Virus record (IMG/VR): IMGVR_UViG_3300049914_000058
Coordinates: 1 to 54,032 of that record
Origin: a virus
Taxonomy: Duplodnaviria > Caudoviricetes
DNA: 54,032 nt
Direction: 5' to 3' (one strand)
How positions within the stretch are numbered: the first letter of the stretch is position 1; each line of letters begins with the position of its first letter. The notes beneath the pieces were generated by a model. That model was not told the origin of the DNA. It did not search any database and saw only the letters and a program-made list of their open reading frames with translations. The translations under genes and the position numbers were made by a program. Shown here one piece after another: positions 37,445 through 46,226 of the stretch.

Positions 37445-37910
37445 GTTCTTTAAAATATAAATATGCCCCCAAAGCAGTTCAATCACGAATTGCTTAAACT
37501 GGCCTGTGCATCACCGGCAGTACCGTTTCTCTCCTCGGCGGTATTGCTAAAACTTCTTCAAACTCCAAAAAAGACGTTTACCCATTTTGTTGAAAATCCA
37601 AAAAACAGGCCAGTATTTTTTAAAATTACTTTGTGGCTTTCATGGTGAGACTGGCCGGAGAAATTTACAAGGAAAGATAATGGCTCCGGCAGTCTTTTTG
37701 AAAAGTAAATACTGGCAACTGGCGTTTAACATACACGAACACTCCAGATTTTAAAAAATAAGCTGATGTTCGGTGCTTATTTATTTGCCAGTATTTTTAA
37801 AAAATTAAAGTCCCGCGAAGGCTCGCCAGAATCGGAAGACACGCAAGCGGATTAGTTACACGACCTTAAGACCTTTGGCTGGTGGGACGGTAAACCGGCT
37901 ATTTTGAGAA
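37445..37910 (+). ncRNA. Array of putative structured ncRNA cassettes
   Basis: Four consecutive stem-closed elements separated by similar T-run/AAAA junctions; no convincing ORF. Confidence 0.45.
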
Positions 37911-37927
37911 GAAAGGAAAGATTAAAA

Positions 37928-38128
37928 ATGCCAGGTGATTTTATTTATTGTTGTTCAAAGTGTTTGCAGAGGAAAATCCATCAGGACTGTTGTTTTCACG
38001 GAAAGGATAGTGAAATTTGTCCTGCCTATACTGAACAATGTAAAAATTTAACATCGAATATTCTACCGCCAGAGGAATACAGTATAGCAAAAGAATCACT
38101 GAAAAGAGCGGAAAGCAAAAAAATATGA
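37928..38128 (+). CDS. Small Cys-rich hypothetical protein
   Basis: AAAGGAAAG RBS; CCSKC...CC..CP..C. Confidence 0.5.
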   Translation: MPGDFIYCCSKCLQRKIHQDCCFHGKDSEICPAYTEQCKNLTSNILPPEEYSIAKESLKRAESKKI

Positions 38129-38257
38129 AAAAGTTTTTTTCGACTATTATAAATTTTATGTTAGGCACGATTATCTTTCTGTTTTTCGTGGGACTTATTT
38201 TGTTCGTTGCATATTACAAATATAGAAAATTTATGTTTTTTTTGAATTATTAAACCT

Positions 38258-38707
38258 ATGAAAATCCTAAAAGCCATCCTGTTGTCGCTTGCCGTTTTAA
38301 TCGGCTATCAACCGGACTGCGAAGCTGTTGAAGTGCAGCCAGATAGTAATTCTCTGTTGAAACTAATTGATGCTATCGCACAAAAGGAATCGGGCGGAAA
38401 TCCTGATGCGGTAAATTGGCAGGAGAATGCTGTCGGCCTGTTACAGATACGACCCATAATGGTTTTAGAAGTCAACCGAATCTGCTCTTTGCTAAAAATC
38501 GATTATGACTTTGAACTTGCTGACCGCAAAAATCCGGCAATGTCAAGACGTATGGCACTTATTTATTTTTCTTTCTGCCAGCAATATTTCAATCTGGACT
38601 TTGAACAACTGGCAAGAAACTGGCAGGGGGGAATTTACGGTTATCGGAAAGTCTGCACTCGGCAATACGCAAAAGACGTTATGAAGATTTACGAGGCGAC
38701 AAAATGA
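38258..38707 (+). CDS. Lysozyme-fold (SLT/transglycosylase-like) protein with signal peptide
   Basis: IDAIAQKESGG-x-P-x-A...AVGLLQI catalytic Glu motif, 'LARNWQGG'; hydrophobic N-terminus. Confidence 0.8.
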   Translation: MKILKAILLSLAVLIGYQPDCEAVEVQPDSNSLLKLIDAIAQKESGGNPDAVNWQENAVGLLQIRPIMVLEVNRICSLLKIDYDFELADRKNPAMSRRMALIYFSFCQQYFNLDFEQLARNWQGGIYGYRKVCTRQYAKDVMKIYEATK

Positions 38708-39021
38708 ACAAGCGATTAAAGATTGAGAAACCTAAATTTACTTGGGCTGAATTAGGACTACTTGAAATCGAAATTGGCAAAATAATAGATTTTTATCACA
38801 AGGAATCTAATCCGATATCAAGTCAAGGAATTGAGGCGTTAGTAGATATTCATTTTAGAATCAGGCAATCAACATATTTTCACACCTTCCCTTCGATTCC
38901 TTTTATGACTAAAGAAAAATATCTAAAATCATTTCCAGAACACACCAAACTTATAGCGATGGCAGACCAGAGGAATGCGGCAATAAGGGATATAGAGAAA
39001 GGTGCTAAAAATGGGTTATAG
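38704..39021 (+). CDS. Hypothetical protein
   Basis: ATGA-coupled ORF. Confidence 0.55.
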   Translation: MNKRLKIEKPKFTWAELGLLEIEIGKIIDFYHKESNPISSQGIEALVDIHFRIRQSTYFHTFPSIPFMTKEKYLKSFPEHTKLIAMADQRNAAIRDIEKGAKNGL

Positions 39022-39370
39022 AGAAAGAATCGAAAAAGTAGTAATCGCAATGTTTAACGCCGACAGATTATTAACTTCTATTTTAGATGAGGATGCCCTG
39101 ACTTTGGCTGATGGCAGTATGAGGTTTAGTAGTGAATGGAATGGTCTATGTGATATAGCTATGGATTTACTTGGAATGCCAAAAGACAATACCACTGACT
39201 ATGATTATTCACTTAGCGTAAATTGGCCTAAGGGGTGTTTCTGTAGAGATTTTTATATAGAGGGTTGGATAGATGGATTCAAAAATGGTCAAGAATTTAT
39301 AGATTCTTGTTATTCCGCATTAAAAGAAGTTGCCGATAACAACGAAACTTTTACAGAACCAAAAATTTGA
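39011..39370 (+). CDS. Hypothetical protein
   Basis: AAAGGTG RBS; 'G-x-P-x-DNT...FCRD' motif. Confidence 0.6.
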   Translation: MGYRERIEKVVIAMFNADRLLTSILDEDALTLADGSMRFSSEWNGLCDIAMDLLGMPKDNTTDYDYSLSVNWPKGCFCRDFYIEGWIDGFKNGQEFIDSCYSALKEVADNNETFTEPKI

Positions 39371-39492
39371 GAGGGCAAAATGAAATCACAAAAGACCCTT
39401 AAAAGAATAGCACAGCGAGACCAAGAATTAGCACGGAGGAAATACGGCAAATCGGTAGACAAAATTGAAAAGATTTATAAGGCGAAAATGTA

Positions 39493-39801
39493 ATGCCGGA
39501 TAAGCAAGGCCAGTTAGTAATGGACTTTACGCAGAACTGGCGAAGGTCTGACCCGAAAACTTCCGAGGATGCCGGTAAGAAAATTGAGGCAATTGGCAAA
39601 GCGGAAAGAGACAGACGAATAATCTTGGCTTGTCTGCGACAACACAATGGCTCGACCGACAAGGAACTGGCAGTATATCTTAAAGGTATTTTAACCTATG
39701 ATGAAATTCACAAACGTATGAGGGAATTGGAATACAAAAGTCTTATTAAAAAAAATGTCAATATCAGACGTGAGCATTGTTGCACAAGGTGGATACTTTA
39801 A
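39493..39801 (+). CDS. Winged-HTH DNA-binding protein
   Basis: 'R-x-SDP-x-TS-x-x-A' followed by 'T-x-x-ELA...I-x-KR-x-x-EL' HTH. Confidence 0.65.
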   Translation: MPDKQGQLVMDFTQNWRRSDPKTSEDAGKKIEAIGKAERDRRIILACLRQHNGSTDKELAVYLKGILTYDEIHKRMRELEYKSLIKKNVNIRREHCCTRWIL

Positions 39802-40295
39802 TGAAGCTAATCCCATTAACGCAAGGATTATTTGCTAAAGTCGATGATGCCGATTTTGAATGGCTAAATGAAATGAAATGGCGAGCAATGGGCAAAAAAT
39901 CAAATCATAATTGCTATTATGCGATTACAGGCGATTGCAATCCCAAAAGAGGGCAAAAAACAATTTTAATGCACAGACTTATTATGAAAGCTACTGATGG
40001 CGTAGAGGTTGACCACAGAGACAATAACGGACTGAACAATCAGCGTTATAACTTAAGAGTTAGCACTCACGCGGAAAATTTGCGAAATCAAAAAATTCAA
40101 GCAAATAATAAATCTTCAAAATTTAAGGGCGTAAGCTTTTTCGGTGCAAACAAAAGCAATCCTTGGACGGCACAAATTCATTTTCACAAAAAGAAAATTC
40201 ACTTGGGTTATTTCAAATTTGAATCTGACGCCGCGAAAGCTTATGACGAGAAAGCAAAAGAGTTGTTTGGGGAATTTGCTCATACCAATTTTTAA
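39801..40295 (+). CDS. HNH-AP2 homing endonuclease 2
   Basis: IPLTQG-x-FA-x-VDD; VDHRDNNGLNNQRYNLR; SSKFKGV; TAATG-coupled to the upstream gene. Confidence 0.92.
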   Translation: MKLIPLTQGLFAKVDDADFEWLNEMKWRAMGKKSNHNCYYAITGDCNPKRGQKTILMHRLIMKATDGVEVDHRDNNGLNNQRYNLRVSTHAENLRNQKIQANNKSSKFKGVSFFGANKSNPWTAQIHFHKKKIHLGYFKFESDAAKAYDEKAKELFGEFAHTNF

Positions 40296-40306
40296 GGAAA
40301 CCTAAA

Positions 40307-42310
40307 ATGGAAATTAAAATTATTAGTTTGAAAGGTGAAGATTTCAAAGGTTTAAAATATTTTGAAATGAATCTTGACGGTGGAAGTGCAGTTATCAAAG
40401 CTCAAAACGGAGCCGGAAAAACAACTGTTTACGATATGTTTCTCTGGTTGTTATTCAACAAAGACTCTACCGGCTCGACAGATTTTAACCTGCGGCCTCT
40501 GGACGAAAGCAATCAGCCGATTAAAGGGCTTGTATTGTCGGTTACGGCAGAGCTTGAACTTGATGGTGTATCTCATATTTTCAAGAAGGAACATCACGAA
40601 AGAATAGTCAAAGACCAAATCAAGGGTTACGAGACTTTATGCTCCATAGATGAAGTGCCTAAACTCGCCAAAGAATACGCAGATTACATCAAAGAGATTG
40701 TTCCAGAAACTACCTTTAAAGTGCTGACAAACCTGCGACATTTCAACGAGGGTATAACGTGGAAAGAACGCAGAATGGTTCTTCTTGATATTGCCGGTGA
40801 AATAGGAAATCCGGACGGCTTTGACGATTTACTTGCCGCTCTTAACGGCAGGTCAATGGATGATTACAAAAAAGTTTTAGCCACGCAGAAAACAAAACTC
40901 AAAGATGAACAGGCCGAAATCAACCCGCGTATCGATGAACTCCAAAAAAGCTTAACGGCTTATGCCGGGACCGACAAGAAGAAACTCGAAAAGAAACGGC
41001 TTGACGTTCAGGCGGATATTACACGACTCAATGAGCAGCAACGAATATTATTGACACACGAAAAAGACAGGCAGGAGCAAATCGAGAACATCAACGCGGT
41101 AAAACTCCAACGGCAACAGCGGGAACTGGAACTCAAAAACGATACGTCCGGCTCGGCAAAACTGCTCGAGGAAAAAGGAAGTCTTGAAAGTGCCGTTTCG
41201 GAACGCAAAAATGCAGTTATGGCGGCACAGTCCGTTATCTCGAGCGCGAAAGCCGAACTCATTAGCAAGCAAAATGAACTCAGCAGGCTTACGGCAAACA
41301 TAAACGAAATCCGTGATAGATACAACAAAGCGTCTGATGCTCCTACAGATAATACCTGTTATGCCTGTAAACAAAAATTACCAGCCGACAAGATAGAACA
41401 ACTTGAGAAAAAGCGAAAAGCGGACCTTGCTAAAATTATCACCGAAGGCAATAAGATTAAAGAAGAAGTTGATACTTGCACATCTACTATTGCAGACCTT
41501 GAGACTGAACTTGCAAACCAACAGAAAGAACTCGAAAAAGCTCAAATCACCTTAAAGGAAGCAGAAACAACTAAGACAGAACGCTTTGCAGAGATTGATA
41601 AGCTTATCAAAAATAAACAACCGAAAAATCCTAAAGCCGACCCGGCATGGCAGGACCTCGGCGTTGAAATATCAAGGCTTGAAAAAGAACTCGGTGAATC
41701 TGTTGCAGTTCAACTACAGAAAATTGAAGCCGACCGCAAAACGAAACAGGATGAGTTGGCCGTCCTCAATAAATCTCTGGCTCAGGCAGATCAGGCTAAA
41801 CAGGCAGGAGAGAGAATAGCCGAACTTGAGCAGCAGGAAAAAGACCTGGCACAAAAAATAGCAGACATTGAAAAGCAGCTTGCAGATATAGCTAATTACA
41901 ATATGGCCGAAAGCAAACTGATTGAATCATCGGTAAACGGCAAATTCAAACATGTCAAGTTTAAGCTCTTTAATTTTCTGCTTAATGGTGAAATAGAGCC
42001 TTGTTGTGAAGCAATACTGAACGGCGTGCCTTACCCTGATATGAGTTATGGACAGAGGATATTTGTCGGCATTGATATTATCAACATATTGTCGGCTCAT
42101 TACGGCATGAGCGTTCCTTTGTTCATCGACAACAGCGAAGGTATGACATTGCCTATCGAAGCTGAAAGCCAAACCATAGAACTGTTCGCACAAAAAGGCA
42201 TATCAACTTTGACGGTAGAGAAAATTGAAGCACCCGTCAAGTCGGTAAAAACAGCAAAATCAAATTCTAAATCCAGCAAGAAGGGAGAATTATTTAATGT
42301 CAACGCTTAA
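40307..42310 (+). CDS. SbcC/Rad50-like (SMC-type) ATPase
   Basis: FKG, Walker A NGAGKTT, long coiled coil with CYAC zinc hook, signature MSYGQ, Walker B LFIDNSE. Confidence 0.88.
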   Translation: MEIKIISLKGEDFKGLKYFEMNLDGGSAVIKAQNGAGKTTVYDMFLWLLFNKDSTGSTDFNLRPLDESNQPIKGLVLSVTAELELDGVSHIFKKEHHERIVKDQIKGYETLCSIDEVPKLAKEYADYIKEIVPETTFKVLTNLRHFNEGITWKERRMVLLDIAGEIGNPDGFDDLLAALNGRSMDDYKKVLATQKTKLKDEQAEINPRIDELQKSLTAYAGTDKKKLEKKRLDVQADITRLNEQQRILLTHEKDRQEQIENINAVKLQRQQRELELKNDTSGSAKLLEEKGSLESAVSERKNAVMAAQSVISSAKAELISKQNELSRLTANINEIRDRYNKASDAPTDNTCYACKQKLPADKIEQLEKKRKADLAKIITEGNKIKEEVDTCTSTIADLETELANQQKELEKAQITLKEAETTKTERFAEIDKLIKNKQPKNPKADPAWQDLGVEISRLEKELGESVAVQLQKIEADRKTKQDELAVLNKSLAQADQAKQAGERIAELEQQEKDLAQKIADIEKQLADIANYNMAESKLIESSVNGKFKHVKFKLFNFLLNGEIEPCCEAILNGVPYPDMSYGQRIFVGIDIINILSAHYGMSVPLFIDNSEGMTLPIEAESQTIELFAQKGISTLTVEKIEAPVKSVKTAKSNSKSSKKGELFNVNA

Positions 42311-43220
42311 TCAAAATCAGTTAGCCCCAAAAACTAAACTTGAAACAATCAAAGACGGTCTTATGTCGCAAGGTGCGATCGCCTTGTTCAAGGACAATCT
42401 GCCCAATGCGACGGGCAAGCAAGCAGAGGAAATGGCAAGGCGATTTGCGAAAATGACCTATACCGCTATTTGTCAGAATCCGTCTTTGCAGGATTGCAGC
42501 ATTAGCAGTATCGTTAGAGCCGCAAGCATATCTGCCAGCCTCGACCTTGACATCGACCCACGCGGCCTTGCTTATCTTGTGCCTTACAAAAACAACAAAA
42601 CCAATAGCATAGAGGCTCAATTCCAAATTGGCTATCTCGGCCTTATGGAATTAGCCTACCGTTCCGGCAAAATTAAAGCTATCTCTGCTCATTGTGTTTA
42701 TGAGTCCGAAAAAGGCAAAATCGAAATAATGAGAATTGATGGTAGATACACCGTTAAGCATCCATTCAGTTATGAACCGCCAACTGGCAAGATTATCGCC
42801 GTCTATGCTTCTGCTGAAATTGAAGGGCTTGGACCGCAAACAATAGTTCTGCGAACTGATGAGGTAGAAAAATTCAGGAAATCTTCAAAAGCTCCGAACT
42901 CTCCTGCATGGACGAACTTTCCAGAGGCTATGTATAAAAAAACTGCTATCCGGCAACTGGCAAAATTCCTGCCAAAATCCATCCTTGAGGATTTCTCAAA
43001 GGGTGCTGCCATTGATGAACAGGAAACCTTTGTTGAAGCAGCGACGGCAACCCAAAGCGTAATTGAGGGTCAGGCGGGTAGCCAAGTAATAAACGCAGAC
43101 TTTGAGAAAAAAATAGAGAAACCCAAAAAGGGCGGTAAAAAGCAAGTAGCATCGGAAGATAAGACGATTGCTGCACCGTCCAGTAATCAAAAAGAACAGC
43201 CAAAGCCGAACTTTCTATAG
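42297..43220 (+). CDS. recT: RecT-family ssDNA-annealing recombinase
   Basis: NP-x-L-x-x-C...AYLVPY...AQFQIGY-x-GL-x-ELA-x-RSG...W....M-x-KKT-x-IR-x-L-x-K-x-LP-x-S. Confidence 0.93.
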   Translation: MSTLNQNQLAPKTKLETIKDGLMSQGAIALFKDNLPNATGKQAEEMARRFAKMTYTAICQNPSLQDCSISSIVRAASISASLDLDIDPRGLAYLVPYKNNKTNSIEAQFQIGYLGLMELAYRSGKIKAISAHCVYESEKGKIEIMRIDGRYTVKHPFSYEPPTGKIIAVYASAEIEGLGPQTIVLRTDEVEKFRKSSKAPNSPAWTNFPEAMYKKTAIRQLAKFLPKSILEDFSKGAAIDEQETFVEAATATQSVIEGQAGSQVINADFEKKIEKPKKGGKKQVASEDKTIAAPSSNQKEQPKPNFL

Positions 43221-43226
43221 GATGTT

Positions 43227-43943
43227 ATGAAATTTGAACAACTATATTCCAGCTCAAGCGGCAATTTGTATATTGTCGAATCGTCCAATAACAAACGTCT
43301 CTTATTAGAGGCGGGCATTACTTGGAAGAAGCTCCAAAAGGCCTTGAAATACGACCTGTCAAATATAGAAGCGTGCTTCGTTACGCACAGCCACGCAGAC
43401 CACAGCAAGGCTATATATGATGTGGTCGGTGCGGGTATTGAGGTATATGCCAGTGAGGAAACTTTATCCTTTATGGGTCTGAATATGCACCGCAGGACGA
43501 AGATAATTAAAGATAAAGACTTAATCCGGCTCAAGGATTTTCAAGTATTTGCTTTTTCGCTCAACCATGATGCAGATGGTACTTTAGGTTTTATAGTCCG
43601 GGCAGTTGAAGAAAACGAATATCTGCTTTTTGCACCGGATACCAGCTTTATTACTCAAAGATTTAGCCAGAAGTTCAATATCATTGCCTTGGAGTGCTCC
43701 TTTGATAAAACCATTCTGCAGAACAGAGTAGATACAAACGACATAAACGAAACTCTTGCTAAAAGACTTCTAACATCACACTTAGAAAAATCTGAAACAA
43801 TGCGATACATCGAGAAATTCTGCGACATAAGCAAGTTAACCCAGATCAACCTTCTTCATTTAAGCAAAAATAATATTGATGCCAAAAAGGTACAAAAAGA
43901 GTTTCAAGATAAATTTTTAATTGAAACGATTATTTGTTCTTGA
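43227..43943 (+). CDS. Metallo-beta-lactamase-fold hydrolase (probable exonuclease partner of RecT)
   Basis: SSSSGN-x-Y, THSHADH, HDA, LLHLS. Confidence 0.88.
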   Translation: MKFEQLYSSSSGNLYIVESSNNKRLLLEAGITWKKLQKALKYDLSNIEACFVTHSHADHSKAIYDVVGAGIEVYASEETLSFMGLNMHRRTKIIKDKDLIRLKDFQVFAFSLNHDADGTLGFIVRAVEENEYLLFAPDTSFITQRFSQKFNIIALECSFDKTILQNRVDTNDINETLAKRLLTSHLEKSETMRYIEKFCDISKLTQINLLHLSKNNIDAKKVQKEFQDKFLIETIICS

Positions 43944-44090
43944 CAACCTTATTTTTTCATAGGATAATAAGGGCGTGAATAGTAACAGTAACAATTCGAC
44001 TCCTAATAATTATGGCGGGTTTGGTCTGTCTGTAAGGACGACCGCACTTCCTGTTACTGGAACTGTTCACAAAACCCGCCAATTTTTTGG
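43940..44090 (+). promoter_or_regulatory. Promoter and structured leader (GTG at +1, terminator) for HNH-AP2 gene 3
   Basis: TTGACA-17-GATAAT; GTG 43975 at the expected +1; TGGCGGGTTT / AAACCCGCCA stem plus ATTTTTT. Confidence 0.7.
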
Positions 44091-44100
44091 AGACAATCCT

Positions 44101-44601
44101 ATGAAGAAAATCCCACTCTCACAAGAACAGTTTGCTTTGGTTGACGATGAGGATTTCGCAGAATTGTCAAAGCATAAATGGTACGCCTTCCGGCGAAATA
44201 AAGAATATTCCTATTATGCTATTAGAAATATTGGCATAAAACCTAATCGTGGCAGTGAGAGGATGCACAATGTAATTATGAAGCCCCCAAAAGGGTTTGA
44301 GGTCGACCACAAAGACGGCAATGGGTTAAATAATCAAAGATACAATTTAAGAGTTTGTTCGCGTTCGCAAAATATGGGTAACACAAGAGGACAACGCAGA
44401 AATTCATCAAGATATAAAGGTGTTCACTGGGATTCTCGAAACAATAATTGGAGACCTATGATTTGTAAAAATTATAAAATATTAAATTTGGGTTCATTCA
44501 AAAGCGAAGTTGAAGCCGCCAAAGCCTACGATGCAAAAGCCAAAGAATTATATGGTGAATTTGCTTGTTTAAATTTCCCCATTAAGGTGGTGATTAAATG
44601 A
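44101..44601 (+). CDS. HNH-AP2 homing endonuclease 3 (in-frame upstream GTG at 43975 possible)
   Basis: IPLSQ-x-x-FALVDDED; VDHKDGNGLNNQRYNLR; SSRYKGV; GGAGA RBS. Confidence 0.92.
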   Translation: MKKIPLSQEQFALVDDEDFAELSKHKWYAFRRNKEYSYYAIRNIGIKPNRGSERMHNVIMKPPKGFEVDHKDGNGLNNQRYNLRVCSRSQNMGNTRGQRRNSSRYKGVHWDSRNNNWRPMICKNYKILNLGSFKSEVEAAKAYDAKAKELYGEFACLNFPIKVVIK

Positions 44602-44656
44602 CCTGCCCCTTTTGCCAAAAATCCGAACCTGCTTTACCAGACAAGGTGATAGTGAA

Positions 44657-44842
44657 ATGAGTATCTTTGAAAAACTTGCAAAACGATATAATGATATAGT
44701 TGGACAATCTCCGGATGAATCTTTCTTATCTTGGTTGGCAGGTTTTGGAATACCAGATACCGATGAGGCTTTGCATGAACTCTGGGATAATAAGGAACTA
44801 TGGAACGATTTAAAAGAAGAATACAACAATGAAACCTTGTGA
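44657..44842 (+). CDS. Hypothetical protein
   Basis: AAGGTG RBS before MSIFEKL. Confidence 0.5.
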   Translation: MSIFEKLAKRYNDIVGQSPDESFLSWLAGFGIPDTDEALHELWDNKELWNDLKEEYNNETL

Positions 44843-44936
44843 TACTTGCGCAAAGAAAAAATACGGCTGTTGGTGTAAAGCCTATTCTGAATGGCTTTAT
44901 GATGATAGTTTGCCAGAACCGATTTTAGAAAAGAAA

Positions 44937-44960
44937 GGCAATGAATCATTTGACGCACCA
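44937..44960 (+). repeat. Orphan copy of the IS1595 terminal inverted repeat
   Basis: GGCAATGAATCATTTGACGCACCA: 17 nt identical to 53505-53521 and 20/24 identical to the right TIR. Confidence 0.75.
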
Positions 44961-44971
44961 AAGGGAAATTG

Positions 44972-45721
44972 ATGGCTGGAATAGATAAATATATAAATAC
45001 GACAATACGGGCCGACTGCAATATCTTAAATTTGTATGCCGGAATAGGCGGTAATCGCAAATTATGGGGAGACAACCATAAGATAACCGCAATAGAAATA
45101 GACAGCAATATTGCTAAAGCGTATCAGCGATTATACCCCAATGACACGGTTGTAATTGGGGACGCGCACGAATATCTATTGAACCATTACGCAGAATTTG
45201 ATTTTATTTGGAGTAGCCCGCCCTGTCCGAGCCATAGTAGGGCGAGATTTGGCTTTGGCGTTTGTGGACATGGATATAAGTATATTTATCCTGATATGAC
45301 ATTGTATCAAGAAGTTATTTTATTAAAACATATATTCAAAGGCTTGTTTTGTGTTGAAAATGTAATCCCGTACTATAATTATCTTATCAATCCCAGTGTG
45401 GTTATAGGTCGCCACGCCTATTGGAGTAATTTTTTTATACCATTCAAGAAAATTAGCACTAATAATATGATTGCTGGAAATACAAAGCCACCACACAAAT
45501 TATCTTCATTTTATGTAACGGGGGAGAGGCCTTATTTGGAAGAATTGTATGGACTTAATTTGGGAGAATGTGCCGGATTTGACAAAAGAAAAGTTTTAAG
45601 AAATGCGGTTGACCCAGAAATAGGAAAATATATTTTAGACGCAGCAATGAATGTTCCCGTTAAAGAAGCAAGAAAAGGACAAAAGGCGTTATTTGAATTA
45701 ACGGAAAAAGGAAAGACTTAA
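44972..45721 (+). CDS. C5-cytosine DNA methyltransferase (compact, orphan)
   Basis: Motif I LNLYAGIGG, IV SPPC-x-SHS, VI ENV, X LRNAV. Confidence 0.88.
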   Translation: MAGIDKYINTTIRADCNILNLYAGIGGNRKLWGDNHKITAIEIDSNIAKAYQRLYPNDTVVIGDAHEYLLNHYAEFDFIWSSPPCPSHSRARFGFGVCGHGYKYIYPDMTLYQEVILLKHIFKGLFCVENVIPYYNYLINPSVVIGRHAYWSNFFIPFKKISTNNMIAGNTKPPHKLSSFYVTGERPYLEELYGLNLGECAGFDKRKVLRNAVDPEIGKYILDAAMNVPVKEARKGQKALFELTEKGKT

Positions 45722-45737
45722 AAGGATTTATTCACGG

Positions 45738-46226
45738 ATGAACAAAATAACTTATTATATTCAAAAACTTGACGGGCAACCGCCAGTAAAAGAGTGGGGG
45801 TCAAATAAGCCGATTGATGATTTTTGGAATACCGCACCGGCAGGGCGGTACACAGTCGAAATCAAACGCATCCCTAAAAAGAAAACGTGGAAACAATGTA
45901 AGGCTATTTTTGGTGTTGCCTTTCAAAATATAATCGCACAGGCAAATGATTTGGGGATTGATGTGTCATACTTACTGAAATATCTATTGCAGGATAATAT
46001 CCCGAAAGGGCAGGGATTAACAACAGATTTCCTTATCGAATTGGCATATATAATCTGCCCGACAAATGACGAAGAAGGCCACAGAATAACTTTAAGCAAA
46101 ATGAGTACGGTTCAGGCGATGAAACTTTATGAGGGTTTGCAAAATATTTTTGCGCCGATAGGAATAAACATACCAGACCCCGACCCTGAATGGTTCAAGA
46201 AACAAAGCAAGGAAACTGTAAAATGA
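45738..46226 (+). CDS. NinB/Orf-like hypothetical protein
   Basis: 'Y-x-VEIK...K-x-T-x-x-Q...FG' and 'S-x-M-x-T......E.....GI-x-IP-x-P' pattern. Confidence 0.5.
   Translation: MNKITYYIQKLDGQPPVKEWGSNKPIDDFWNTAPAGRYTVEIKRIPKKKTWKQCKAIFGVAFQNIIAQANDLGIDVSYLLKYLLQDNIPKGQGLTTDFLIELAYIICPTNDEEGHRITLSKMSTVQAMKLYEGLQNIFAPIGINIPDPDPEWFKKQSKETVK

Noticed and set aside
37810-37900. tRNA gene
   Set aside because: It has a 7-bp closing stem but no TTC-RA T-loop or canonical D and anticodon arms; kept only as part of the cassette array.
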